Of a stretch of DNA of 64,000 nt, positions 26,227 through 38,975 are shown piece by piece; the first letter of the stretch is position 1; each line of letters starts with the position of its first letter. This stretch comes from Eledone cirrhosa (lineage: Eukaryota). Where the stretch lies: contig OZ024764.1 of the NCBI GenBank assembly GCA_964016885.1, positions 28,830,001-28,894,000 of the forward strand. The letters are read 5' to 3'. Made by a program: the position numbers and the translations under genes. Under the pieces are notes generated by a model. The model had not been told where the DNA came from. It ran no database searches and saw nothing but the letters and a program-made list of their open reading frames with translations.

Positions 26227-26542
26227 TTGCAATGGTGGCAACATAACCTTTCCTTTATTACAACAGTTACAATTTTCATTTCTAAATTTCAAAGCTCCAC
26301 AGTGATCACACGAAACATTCATATCACTAATATGAAATCCTTCTACATTTCCATTAATATTAATTGTTGGCAATTTCTCTTACGACGCTCATTATCCATT
26401 CTTCTCTGTCTGAATGTTTTCCAGTCTAAGTCTATTTGCATGGTATAATTATATTCTGTTGTTTATTATGTAATTAAATAGCTCTGTACAATATATATAG
26501 CATTCTTCTTTTCTTTACCTTTTCTATGGAAATACAATAACA

Positions 26543-26591
<49 letters not shown>

Positions 26592-28067
26592 ATATACATA
26601 AACAAGACTGTTATTGCTCCAACCAGTCTATTTACCTTTGATAACTATCCTAAATATAAATACACCTATACCATACATACACATATTATATATGTTTTTG
26701 ATGCCGTGGTATAGCAGAGATAAGCAAGAAGAGAAAAGAAAATGAAAATGAGAAAAAAAAAGAAGTAAGAAGTCGGGGGAGGGACAGACACTTCACCCCA
26801 GTCTAAGTGGTCCCTCAGCCGCAACCTGTGGAAGAAACGTAAAAGCGTTACCTCGGAGCAAGGCCAGAGACACCTGCTACAATAGTCGCCCCTCCTCATG
26901 AGGCTCCTGTTGTCTTTCCTCCCGACTTTATGGAGGAAATCAGCAGTACAGGGACCAAGTATGGCAGAGGTCTCAATGGAGTGGAAGAGGTGAGTCAGGC
27001 CTTGGTACTATCTTACTATCCTTTGCATTGCGGGGTGTGGAGCCTAGGTTTGTGGCTGTAGCTATATTTGAACTTTTATATGAAATTTCAGTTTTATATT
27101 TTTCACATCTTAAAACTTAATCTTAGTCTTTTGCAGCTCATCTTGTTTCATCTCGCAGCACACGATTTGGGAACCACTGCTCTAGAGATAGAAAAAGTAT
27201 ATTTTATGCAGGGCTTCCCTGAGACATAAATACTATTTCAAGAGATCGACATGGGTAGAAAGGTTGAGAAATGCTGCACAATGTTCTTTGGTTTTTGTTC
27301 ACCTTTAAATAATCATGTATAAAATATCGGGTGTGCAAGATTTCATGAAAAGGTATAACATTATTTATGCTGATCTTGCAGGGACTAGCTCCAATTGAGA
27401 GTTGTACCAATTCCCACTAAACTCGAAACTCCTGGACAATATATACATATCTTTATAAGTTCCTGTGTATTGTGTCGCTGTATAATGAAACATAAATATA
27501 TACCATGCATGTCAGTCAGATTTGAACTCACTATATTTGGCGTTTTATAGATATAATTTGTTTGTTAAAACAATTGATTAAATAATAACTAAATAAAATT
27601 AATTCTACAATCCTGGATAGGGAATGAACTTATAACTGCATAATAGAAGCCATCTATTCGAGCAGTATTGCCATCTAAGCCACCAGGTTACTTACAGAAC
27701 TTCATTCAAATATAAAATATAAAATATATGCCAGACATAGTGAGTTCGAATCTGACTGATTAGTTGGTCATTGTCCCAGCCAACAGTTTAAATCGCCAAC
27801 CAGTAGGTGACATCGACTAGGTTGGGAAAACTTGGTTAAGTAGCTCCAGTTATTGCTACGTTAGACATATCCAAGTCTTATCGACACTGAATGGAAGAAA
27901 GGTAAAGTTGAACTCAGAGTAAAGAACTGGAAAAATACTGCAAAGAATTCTATCTGATGTTCTAACAATTCTACCAAGTTACCTCATGTGTATATATTTA
28001 TATCTAGAGATAAGAAGAAAACTGAAAGAAAGAAAAGAAAAAAAATGAGACCTTATATGTAACCCAT

Positions 28068-28862
28068 GTTACAACTCAATATATATATATTTGGGTTGTA
28101 ACATATTCCCGCCGGTGAAATAAAAATTTTAATAGAAAAACGGCGGGAATATATGTTACAACCCAATCTATATATATTTGAGTTGTAACATATATTCCCG
28201 CCGTTGAAATAAAAATTTTAATAGAAAAACGGCGGGAATATATGTTACAATCCAATCTACATATATTTGGGTTGTAACATATATTCCCGCCGTTGAAATA
28301 AAAATTTTAATAGAAAAACGGCGGGAATATATGTTACAACGCAATCTATATATATTTGGGTTGTAACATATATTCCCGCCGTCGAAATAAAAATTTTAAT
28401 AGAAAAACGGCGGGAATATATGTTACAACCCAATCTACATATATTTGGGTTGTAACATATATTCCCGCCGTTGAAATAAAAATTTTAACAGAAAAACGGC
28501 GGGAATATATATTACAACCCAAACATATATAGGTTGGGTTGTAACATATATTCCCGCCGTTTTTCTATTAAAATTTTTATTTCAACGGCGGGAATATATG
28601 TTACAACCCAAATATATATAGATTGCGTTGTAACATATATTCCCGCCGTTTTTCTATTAAAATTTTTATTTCAACGGCGGGAATATATGTTACAACTCAA
28701 ATATATATAGATTGGGTTGTAACATATATTCCCGCCGTTTTTCTATTAAAATATTTATTTCAACGGCGGGAATATATGTTACAACCCAAAAATATGTAGG
28801 TTGGGTTGTAACATATATTCCCGCCGTTTTTCTATTAAAATTTTTATTTCACCGGCGGGAAT
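28068..28862. repeat. Nested-palindrome 89-bp array, copy 2
   Basis: Near-identical to 25371-26165. Confidence 0.95.
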
Positions 28863-29239
28863 ATATACCCTGAGAGACTGAGAAATCTCTTTCAAAGAGA
28901 TTTCTCAGTCTCTCAGGGTATATTTGCAATGGTGGCAACATAACCTTTCCTTTATTACAACAGTTACAATTTTCATTTCTAAATTTCAAAGCTCCACAGT
29001 GATCACACGAAACATTCATATCACTAATATGAAATTCTTCTACATTTCCATTAATATTAATTGTTGGCAATTTCTCTTACGACGCTCATTATCCATTCTT
29101 CTCTGTCTGAATGTTTTCCAGTCTAAGTCTATTTGCATGGAATAATTATATTCTGTTGTTTATTATGTAATTAAATAGCTCTGTACAATATATATAGCAT
29201 TCTTCTTTTCTTTACCTTTTCTATGGAAATACAAGAACA

Positions 29240-29314
<75 letters not shown>

Positions 29315-30790
29315 ATATACATAAACAAGACTGTTATTGCTCCAACCAGTCTATTTACCTTTGATAACTATCCTAAATATAAATACACCTATACCATACA
29401 TACACATATTATATATGTTTTTGATGCCGTGGTATAGCAGAGATAAGCAAGAAGAGAAAAGAAAATGAAAATGAGAAAAAAAAAGAAGTAAGAAGTCGGG
29501 GGAGGGACAGACACTTCACCCCAGTCTAAGTGGTCCCTCAGCCGCAACCTGTGGAAGAAACGTAAAAGCGTTACCTCGGAACAAGGCCAGAGACACCTGC
29601 TACAATAGTTGCTCCTCCTCATGAGGCTCCTGTTGTCTTTCCTCCAGACTTTATGGAGGAAATCAGCAGTACAGGGACCAAGTATGGCAGAGGTCTCAAT
29701 GGAGTGGAAGAGGTGAGTCAGGCCTTGGTACTATCTTACTATCCTCTGCATTGCGGGGTGTGGAGCCTAGGTTTGTGGCTGTAGCTATATTTGAACTTTT
29801 ATATGAAATTTCAGTTTTATATTTTTCACATCTTAAAACTTAATCTTAGTCTTTTGCAGCTCATCTTGTTTCATCTCGCAGCACACGATTTGGGAACCAC
29901 TGCTCTAGAGATAGAAAAAGTATATTTTATGCAGGGCTTCCCTGAGACATAAAAACTATTTCAAGAGATCGACATGGGTAGAAAGGTTGAGAAATGCTGC
30001 ACAATGTTCTTTGGTTTTTGTTCACCTTTAAATAATCATGTATAAAATATCGGGTGTGCAAGATTTCATGAAAAGGTATAACATTATTTATGCTGATCTT
30101 GCAGGGACTAGCTCCAATTGAGAGTTGTACCAATTCCCACTAAACTCGAAACTCCTGGACAATATATACATATCTTTATAAGTTCCTGTGTATTGTGTCG
30201 CTGTATAATGAAACATAAATATATACCATGCATGTCAGTCAGATTTGAACTCACTATATTTGGCGTTTTATAGATATAATTTGTTTGTTAAAACAATTGA
30301 TTAAATAATAACTAAATAAAATTAATTCTACAATCCTGGATAGGGAATGAACTTATAACTTCATAATAGAAGCCATCTATTCGAGCAGTATTGCCATCTA
30401 AGCCACCAGGTTACTTACAGAACTTCATTCAAATATAAAATATAAAATATATGCCAGACATAGTGAGTTGGAATCTGACTGATTAGTTGGTCATTGTCCC
30501 AGCCAACAGTTTAAATCGCCAACCAGTAGGTGACATCGACTAGGTTGGGAAAACTTGGTTAAGTAGCTCCAGTTATTGCTACGTTAGACATATTCAAGAC
30601 TTATCGACACCGAATGGAAGAAAGGTAAAGTTGAACTCAGAGTAAAGAACTGGAAAAATACTGCAAAGAATTCTATCTGATGTTCTAACAATTCTACCAA
30701 GTTACCTCATGTGTATATATTTATATCTAGAGATAAGAAGAAAACTGAAAGAAAGAAAAGAAAAAAAATGAGACCTTATATGTAACCCAT

Positions 30791-31585
30791 GTTACAACTC
30801 AATATATATATATTTGGGTTGTAACATATTCCCGCCGGTGAAATAAAAATTTTAATAGAAAAACGGCGGGAATATATGTTACAACCCAATCTATATATAT
30901 TTGAGTTGTAACATATATTCCCGCCGTTGAAATAAAAATTTTAATAGAAAAACGGCGGGAATATATGTTACAATCCAATCTACATATATTTGGGTTGTAA
31001 CATATATTCCCGCCGTTGAAATAAAAATTTTAATAGAAAAACGGCGGGAATATATGTTACAACGCAATCTATATATATTTGGGTTGTAACATATATTCCC
31101 GCCGTCGAAATAAAAATTTTAATAGAAAAACGGCGGGAATATATGTTACAACCCAATCTACATATATTTGGGTTGTAACATATATTCCCGCCGTTGAAAT
31201 AAAAATTTTAACAGAAAAACGGCGGGAATATATATTACAACCCAAACATATATAGGTTGGGTTGTAACATATATTCCCGCCGTTTTTCTATTAAAATTTT
31301 TATTTCAACGGCGGGAATATATGTTACAACCCAAATATATATAGATTGCGTTGTAACATATATTCCCGCCGTTTTTCTATTAAAATTTTTATTTCAACGG
31401 CGGGAATATATGTTACAACTCAAATATATATAGATTGGGTTGTAACATATATTCCCGCCGTTTTTCTATTAAAATATTTATTTCAACGGCGGGAATATAT
31501 GTTACAACCCAAAAATATGTAGGTTGGGTTGTAACATATATTCCCGCCGTTTTTCTATTAAAATTTTTATTTCACCGGCGGGAAT
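30791..31585. repeat. Nested-palindrome 89-bp array, copy 3
   Basis: Near-identical to 25371-26165. Confidence 0.95.
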
Positions 31586-31962
31586 ATATACCCTGAGAGA
31601 CTGAGAAATCTCTTTCAAAGAGATTTCTCAGTCTCTCAGGGTATATTTGCAATGGTGGCAACATATCCTTTCCTTTATTACAACAGTTACAATTTTCATT
31701 TCTAAATTTCAAAGCTCCACAGTGATCACACGAAACATTCATATCACTAATATGAAATTCTTCTACATTTCCATTAATATTAATTGTTGGCAATTTCTCT
31801 TACGACGCTCATTATCCATTCTTCTCTGTCTGAATGTTTTCCAGTCTAAGTCTATTTGCATGGAATAATTATATTCTGTTGTTTATTATGTAATTAAATA
31901 GCTCTGTACAATATATATAGCATTCTTCTTTTCTTTACCTTTTCTATGGAAATACAAGAACA

Positions 31963-32029
<67 letters not shown>

Positions 32030-34029
32030 ATATACATAAACAAGACTGTTATTGCTCCAACCAGTCTATTTACCTTTGATAACTATCCTAAATATAAATA
32101 CACCTATACCATACATACACATATTATATATGTTTTTGATGCCGTGGTATAGCAGAGATAAGCAAGAAGAGAAAAGAAAATGAAAATGAGAAAAAAAAAG
32201 AAGTAAGAAGTCGGGGGAGGGACAGACACTTCACCCCAGTCTAAGTGGTCCCTCAGCCGCAACCTGTGGAAGAAACGTAAAAGCGTTACCTCGGAACAAG
32301 GCCAGAGACACCTGCTACAATAGTTGCCCCTCCTCATGAGGCTCCTGTTGTCTTTCCTCCAGACTTTATGGAGGAAATCAGCAGTACAGGGACCAAGTAT
32401 GGCAGAGGTCTCAATGGAGTGGAAGAGGTGAGTCAGGCCTTGGTACTATCTTACTATCCTCTGCATTGCGGGGTGTGGAGCCTAGGTTTGTGGCTGTAGC
32501 TATATTTGAACTTTTATATGAAATTTCAGTTTTATATTTTTCACATCTTAAAACTTAATCTTAGTCTTTTGCAGCTCATCTTGTTTCATCTCGCAGCACA
32601 CGATTTGGGAACCACTGCTCTAGAGATAGAAAAAGTATATTTTATGCAGGGCTTCCCTGAGACATAAAAACTATTTCAAGAGATCGACATGGGTAGAAAG
32701 GTTGAGAAATGCTGCACAATGTTCTTTGGTTTTTGTTCACCTTTAAATAATCATGTATAAAATATCGGGTGTGCAAGATTTCATGAAAAGGTATAACATT
32801 ATTTATGCTGATCTTGCAGGGACTAGCTCCAATTGAGAGTTGTACCAATTCCCACTAAACTCGAAACTCCTGGACAATATATACATATCTTTATAAGTTC
32901 CTGTGTATTGTGTCGCTGTATAATGAAACATAAATATATACCATGCATGTCAGTCAGATTTGAACTCACTATATTTGGCGTTTTATAGATATAATTTGTT
33001 TGTTAAAACAATTGATTAAATAATAACTAAATAAAATTAATTCTACAATCCTGGATAGGGAATGAACTTATAACTTCATAATAGAAGCCATCTATTCGAG
33101 CAGTATTGCCATCTAAGCCACCAGGTTACTTACAGAACTTCATTCAAATATAAAATATAAAATATATGCCAGACATAGTGAGTTGGAATCTGACTGATTA
33201 GTTGGTCATTGTCCCAGCCAACAGTTTAAATCGCCAACCAGTAGGTGACATCGACTAGGTTGGGAAAACTTGGTTAAGTAGCTCCAGTTATTGCTACGTT
33301 AGACATATTCAAGACTTATCGACACCGAATGGAAGAAAGGTAAAGTTGAACTCAGAGTAAAGAACTGGAAAAATACTGCAAAGAATTCTATCTGATGTTC
33401 TAACAATTCTACCAAATTACCTTATGTATATATATTTATATCTAGAGATAAGAAGAAAACTGAAAGAAAGAAAAATGAGACCTTATATGTAAACCATGAC
33501 TACCACCATCTCTGGTATCACCCACCAGACCACCATGAAAGATACAAACATCTGCTTTTTTAATATTTATAAGCCTACTTTCAATATTAAAGTAATTAAC
33601 ATGTGGTGTTGTTCATGCCTTTCTCTATGTTATTGGTAAAAAATAAAGTATTTAAACCTCAAATTGTGTTATTCAAATATGCTTGCTTATGTAATTATAA
33701 ATGTCGCAGAATACACACACATATATAGATGTGAAAATATTCAGGACCCCAACGGCTGTGCTACTGCCGTTTCGACATCTATATATATATCTTTTAGTCC
33801 TAGGCTCTTTCAGCGCAGAAAGAATTCTCCAATAATCACAACCAGCTAATGGTGCCCAGTGGAAGCACTTTAGTCGAATTATAACCCCAACGATCACGAT
33901 TAGCGGCGGCTTTTTCGAGTCTGAGGTTGACTGCCAGATATATATATATATATCTATATATATATATTTTTTTTTATACTTTGCTAGAATCCCGGAGAAC
34001 AACAGAAAGATGCTGAGTTCAGAGTTTAA

Positions 34030-35290
34030 AAAACATGTCCCCCTTTAATATAAAAACAATCCGAGTCTTGTAAAAGTGTTATTACTGTAATATAAAGTAG
34101 AAACCCTTTATTTAAACAAAGCTGAGATGCAGCGATCATCAAAGCAAACCCCAAAATGTAAACAAACTTCTCGCAGGTGCTGCCAGATACACGATAACAT
34201 GTGTATACGAAGTGTAACAGGGAGTTGGGTCGTATTATATGACTTTCAAATTGACCCCTATTATATTCAAATTATCCCCTGTGGGGCGTGCACCCCACGT
34301 TGAGAATCCCTCATAAATAAATATATGTGAGTGTGTTGCTATGACTGCTATTTCTAGCAGGTTTACTGCAGTCCTGTAGACGCACAACAAAAACCGGAAG
34401 TGGAAGCCATTAAAAAACTTTGGCTTAAAATCAGGCAAAAGTTTTTTAACAATTTGCCAAGAAAGATAACTCTTGTCTTACTTAATCGCAAAAATCGAGG
34501 CAAAAAATTTTGCGGGTGTGCAGTTTGTTTGGTGTATTTGACTGCTATTTCTAGCATATATGGACACTTTAGAAATAGCAGCGAAACACGGGAAACATAA
34601 GAAAGAAGGACACACACGTATATATATATACATATATATATGCACAGATATATACATTTAAATATATATATTTATATATACATACACGCGCGCACACACA
34701 CCTATACGTAGATATGGGTGTGTGTATAGCTGGTATATATATATATGTATGGGTGAGTGTATAGCTGGTATATATATATATATATAGGTGTGTGTCCTTC
34801 TTTCTGCTGTTTTCCGTTTTTCGCTGCTATTTCTAAAGTGTCCATACATGCTAGAAATAGCAGTCAAATACACCAAACAAACTGTACACCCACAAAATTT
34901 TTGCCTCGATTTTTGCGATTAAGTAAGACAAGAGTTATCTTTCTTGGCAAATTGTTAAAAAACATTTGCCTGATTTTAAGCCAAAGTTTTTTAATGGCTG
35001 CCACTTCCGGTTTTTGTTGTGCGTCTACAGGACTGCAGTAAACCTGCTAGAAATAGCAGTCATAGCAACACACTCACATATATTTATTTATGAGGGATTC
35101 TCAACGTGGGGTGCACGCCCCACAGGGGATAATTTGAATATAATAGGGGTCAATTTGAAAGTCATATAATACGACCAAGCTTCCAGATACACTTCGTATA
35201 CACATGTTATTTGAAGTTTGTTTTGATCATCGCTGCATCGCAGCTTTGTTTAAATAAAGGGTTTCTACTTTATATTACAGTAATAAAAGT
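34030..35290. repeat. Long inverted repeat (fold-back-like element): arms ~34030-34620 and ~34788-35290 around a microsatellite-rich spacer
   Basis: Nearly the same spurious ORF appears at 34235-34438(-) and 34966-35169(+); repeated motif GCTAGAAATAGCAGTC; a further inverted copy of the outer arm lies at ~36620-36755. Confidence 0.9.
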
Positions 35291-35422
35291 TTTACTTCGT
35301 CTACACATGTTATCGTGTATCCGGCAGCACCTATGGGCTGTTTGTTTATACTTTGGTGTTAATTTTGATCATCGCCTCATCGCAGGTTTGTTTAATTAAA
35401 GGTTGCGAGGGGGATCACTGAC

Positions 35423-35488
<66 letters not shown>

Positions 35489-35567
35489 AAGACACACACA
35501 TATATATACATACACGCAGACATACACCCGTGTGTATGTGTATGTTCGTGTGTGCGTGTCTTTGGCT

Positions 35568-35628
<61 letters not shown>

Positions 35629-35744
35629 GTGTATATATATACAGACACACACTGTTGTTTCTTGATTTTTAGCTGCTGTTTCTAAAGTGTCTATTAATAT
35701 ATGCTAGAAATAGCAGTCAAGGGAACATTTACGTATATATATGT

Positions 35745-36130
35745 AAGGACAGTAACACCTGCTGCAACAGGCATCCAACCTCGTGGGACTCCATCCTCAG
35801 ACGGGCCACAGACACTGCGATGTTGCGGAGGAGCTCGGCTGTAATGGGTCCAAGTTGGCCCGGGGTCTCGACGGCGGCTGGTGCTTAGAAGAGGCTCCAG
35901 GACAAACACCGGAATTTGTTTATTTTATGTTCATCTGCGAGACGGGCAGCGATGCTGGGGTTTGTGGATCTACCTCCTTCGAATGGGAAGAGGGTGATTC
36001 CCTCGGGGTGCTTGCCATCTCCGCGGCCTAAGCCTGCTGACTCCAGTTGAGATGGAAATTCAGCTGCGTCCAGGCTTCTTCTCACTATGTCGTTGAGAGC
36101 ATTTATGTGGCTCACACACGCGGAGGCCAA
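35745..36130 (-). pseudogene. CRE-like restriction-like endonuclease (RLE) fragment (copies 50803-51188 and 57704-58089)
   Basis: HINALNDIVRRSLDAAEFPSQLE(S/P)AGLGRGDGKHPEGITLFPF...AARLADEHKINKF, then frameshifted PAAVETPGQLGPITAELL, resembling ALNDII.RAL..LEP.GL.R.DGKRPDG.T..PW...AE..K..KY...PxAVET.G. Confidence 0.8.
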
Positions 36131-36764
36131 GGCGTTGGGCTACTCCGATGCGAGTTCAATCATCATCAAGAATTTATTTGAATTGAAAGGTCACTAAACT
36201 AATATAGGAGTGTCATTTAAAAATAAGGTAAACAGAAATAGTTACACCGGTAACATAATTACTGTGACACCGGTAGTTCACTAACAAATCATTTCACGTT
36301 CGTCTCTAACAGGTAATGTTTTAATTTGCTCTCCATGTTGGGGAGTAACTGTAGTTTGGCTTGCTAGGGGTCATACATCTTCATACACACACACATACTA
36401 TATATATATATACAAAGGAAAGGAAGATAAACAAATATCAGAGGATTTGACCGGCTTCTTCCTCTTGGCACCTGTAGCCACCATGACGTATAAGTATAAA
36501 TACATATCTATCTATCTATATATATATCATCATTTTCATTTTACGTCTGCTTTTCCCTGTTTGCAAGGGTGGGGCATATATATATATATCATCATCATTA
36601 TACATCCACTTTTCCCCGCTTGGCAGCACCTACGAGAAGTTTGTTTTGATCATCGCTGCATCGTAGCTTTGTTTAAATAAAGGGTTTCTACTTTATATTA
36701 CAGTAATAATACTTTCAGAATACTCGGATTGTTTTTATATTAAAGGGGAACATAAACATATTTT

Positions 36765-36803
36765 AGAGGAGGGGTGTGGAACAGAAAAGTTTGGGGACCA
36801 CTG
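36765..36803 (-). mobile_element. hAT-like terminus remnant (duplicate ending ~51858)
   Basis: AAAAGTTTGGGGACCACTG is the reverse complement of CAGTGGTCCCCAAACTTTT. Confidence 0.45.
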
Positions 36804-37514
36804 ATACACACACACATTTATTTACTATATATATGTCTGTGTGTGTATACTATATATATATATATATGTACAGGGAGGTCGAAGCATTTCAGAATTTTTC
36901 TAGGCGGGGGGGGGGGGGGTGCAAATCCCCCTCTTTATATCAATTAGCACACACTCTCTCCCTCTCTATATCTACTACACGGCACTCTCTTCCAATACCC
37001 CTCTCTATATGAAGTAACACCAAACTCTCCCCCTCTCTATATATTAAGCACTAAGTCAGGAATTTTTTTCTTCTTTCGTGCAGAGAGAGTAAAGTTGATT
37101 AAATCTACTGCAGTGAATTACTGGTATTTTATTTAATAAAAATTAAAATTTACTATTTGTCTTCGTTTAATTTTCGTTTTTCTTTACATAGTTTCGTTTC
37201 GTTAAATGTCTCCAGAATTTGTTTTTACTTTTACCGGATATTGAAGGTGTAAACTTGGTGTTGTCTAGAAACGTGTTAGAAATATTTTTCTTTTAATTGT
37301 GAAGAATTTAACCGCAAAGTAAGTTTTTTTTACTGTTTATTTGTGGCTGGGACAACGTATGGTATGTGTTAATGTAAATGGTGAAGGTTTAAAGATTCTT
37401 TTTACAACTGAAAATCAGTTTGTTGTTGCTGCTAATTACTTAACGCATGGAATAGATTAAAAAAATACAGGATTGTTTCTCGGAAGAGAGAAAGAAGAAA
37501 CAACAAATCACAGA

Positions 37515-37700
37515 AGCGGGTAGCACACACATTTGGGACCACATACAACACAAAAACAGGTAATCCACACATCTGGGACCACATACAACACACCAGCAGG
37601 TAATACATACATCTAGGACCACATAAGCAGGTAATACACACATCTAGGACCACATACAACACACAAGCAGGTAATACACACATCTAGGACGACATACAAC
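37515..37700. repeat. ~40-bp minisatellite, ~5 copies (duplicate ~52590-52772)
   Basis: CAGGTAATACACACATCTAGGACCACATACAACACACAAG. Confidence 0.9.
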
Positions 37701-37783
37701 CAAAGGCAGGCGAAAGGGGTGGACAAACGAGCTGCTACTAGAGCAAAAGATAACAGTATCGCGAGGAGCACTGGGAAACCTCT

Positions 37784-37993
37784 CTAATGATTTTTTAGGC
37801 AAGCCAGCACGTCTGCAGCGTTACCTCGGGCGATGGCGAGGCTGAGGAGCTGGAACAACCAAGTGCCCTCACGAGCTTCACCAGTCACCTTCGTCAGGCT
37901 AGCCGCCAGTGAAGATAGGAATCTCGCAGTCAGTATCCCGACTCCCCCAAACGCCACAGGCTGGAAAATGTAGTTAGCCGACAGATCACAGTA
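37784..37993 (-). pseudogene. CRE-like ORF C-terminal fragment ending in a stop codon (duplicate 52858-53067)
   Basis: Open 70 codons: YCDLSANYIFQPVAFGGVGILTARFLSSLAASLTKVTGEAREGTWLFQLLSLAIARGNAADVLACLKNH*. Confidence 0.8.
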
Positions 37994-38017
37994 TTACTTA
38001 ACAGTGATAGATATTCT

Positions 38018-38095
38018 GTCTAAAGGAGGGGCGTGCAACAGGCGGCCCGCGGGCCACAATCGAGCCCACCTGACCAGTCAGAGTGGCCCGCAATG
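38018..38095 (+). mobile_element. hAT/Charlie-like 5' end remnant (duplicate ~53093-53145)
   Basis: GTCTAAAG then GAGGGGCGTGCAACAGGCGGCCCGCGGGCCACAATC...GTGGCCCGC, resembling Charlie-type subterminal GGCCCGCGGGCC motifs. Confidence 0.5.
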
Positions 38096-38145
38096 ACTGT
38101 TGTAGGCTTATTTAGAATTTTTTCCATACCCGTAATACTTCTGTT

Positions 38146-38402
38146 AGTTGACCTATACTAAAGGACTTCACTGATAGGGTTATATGTGTTATAATTTCCC
38201 AGTTGACCTATACTAAAGGACTTCACTGATAGGGTTATATGTGTTATAGTTTCCCAGTTGACCTATACTAAAGGGCTTCACTGATAGAGTTATATGTGTT
38301 ATAGTTTCCCAGAGGGCTTCACTGATAGGGTTATATGTGTTATAGTTTCCCAGTTGACCTATACTAAAGGGCTTCACTGATAGAGTTATATGTGTTATAG
38401 TT
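38146..38402. repeat. 55-bp minisatellite, 5 units (one truncated)
   Basis: AGTTGACCTATACTAAAGGACTTCACTGATAGGGTTATATGTGTTATAGTTTCCC at 38146, 38201, 38256, 38352. Confidence 0.95.
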
Positions 38403-38640
38403 TGAAACAAACTACCTGCATCAGTTATTATACTTTTATAACACCGCTATATTACCTACATGAAAGAGGTAAATATTTATTTCTCTTGTCTTCTTAAATG
38501 TATAGAACATTTTTCTTATATATATTCTTAACATAGCTAGGACCGTTTATTATTTACTAGTCTCTACTCCTAGGACTTTGCTGGTCTCATGTCCCCTCCA
38601 TCAACACACACTCGGTAGAAAGCTGGTCGTCGGAGGTAAA

Positions 38641-38784
38641 GTGGCCCTGATTACAGGTCTAGTATTGAAGCCTTTCGGCTTGAGCCTTGCTGATGCCTAC
38701 AGAGTTCCTGTGGTAGTTTTGGTAGCACAGGTGACATTTTATTGTGTTTAGGTACCGGCTAGTGCGGACACAGAGAGCACAACC
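38641..38784 (-). pseudogene. Decayed PHD finger, probably retrotransposon-derived (copies 53874-54017 and 63228-63371)
   Basis: GCALCVRTSRYLNTIKCHLCYQNYHRNSVGISKAQAERLQY*TCNQGH; C4HC3 spacing is restored by three single-base changes (TCT>TGT, TAG>TGG, GGC>TGC). Confidence 0.75.
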
Positions 38785-38975
38785 AGGTGGTGAGCTGGCA
38801 ACGACCAAGTGTAGAGGGCCAGCTTTGAAATTCGAGCGACGGAGTGAACTAGTAAAAGAGGCAGGGTAAGCAGCATTGGTTCTAACGGTGGGACTAGAAC
38901 GGAGGTTGGGTGGTGCTGGGGGTGGGCTAACAGCTAACAGTTGTAGGAGTGGTGGGGGTTTGCTAGGATTAATTT

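Larger units (their letters stand above)
23545..33495. repeat. Tandem ~2.7-kb repeat: four copies of a ~1.9-kb block joined by three palindromic arrays
   Basis: Near-identical ORFs recur at 23969/26666/29389/32104 and 24507/27204/29927/32642; periods 2697, 2723, 2715, the difference lying mainly in the (TA)n tract. Confidence 0.97.

Noticed and set aside
35392-35652. ORFs over (TA)n/(GA)n/(CT)n tracts, and antisense ORFs over TE fragments elsewhere
   Set aside because: Microsatellite translations or shadows of minus-strand TE remnants
38530-38580. CTAG motifs as the Helitron 3' terminus
   Set aside because: No convincing GC-rich hairpin at the expected distance, and homology between copies continues beyond them
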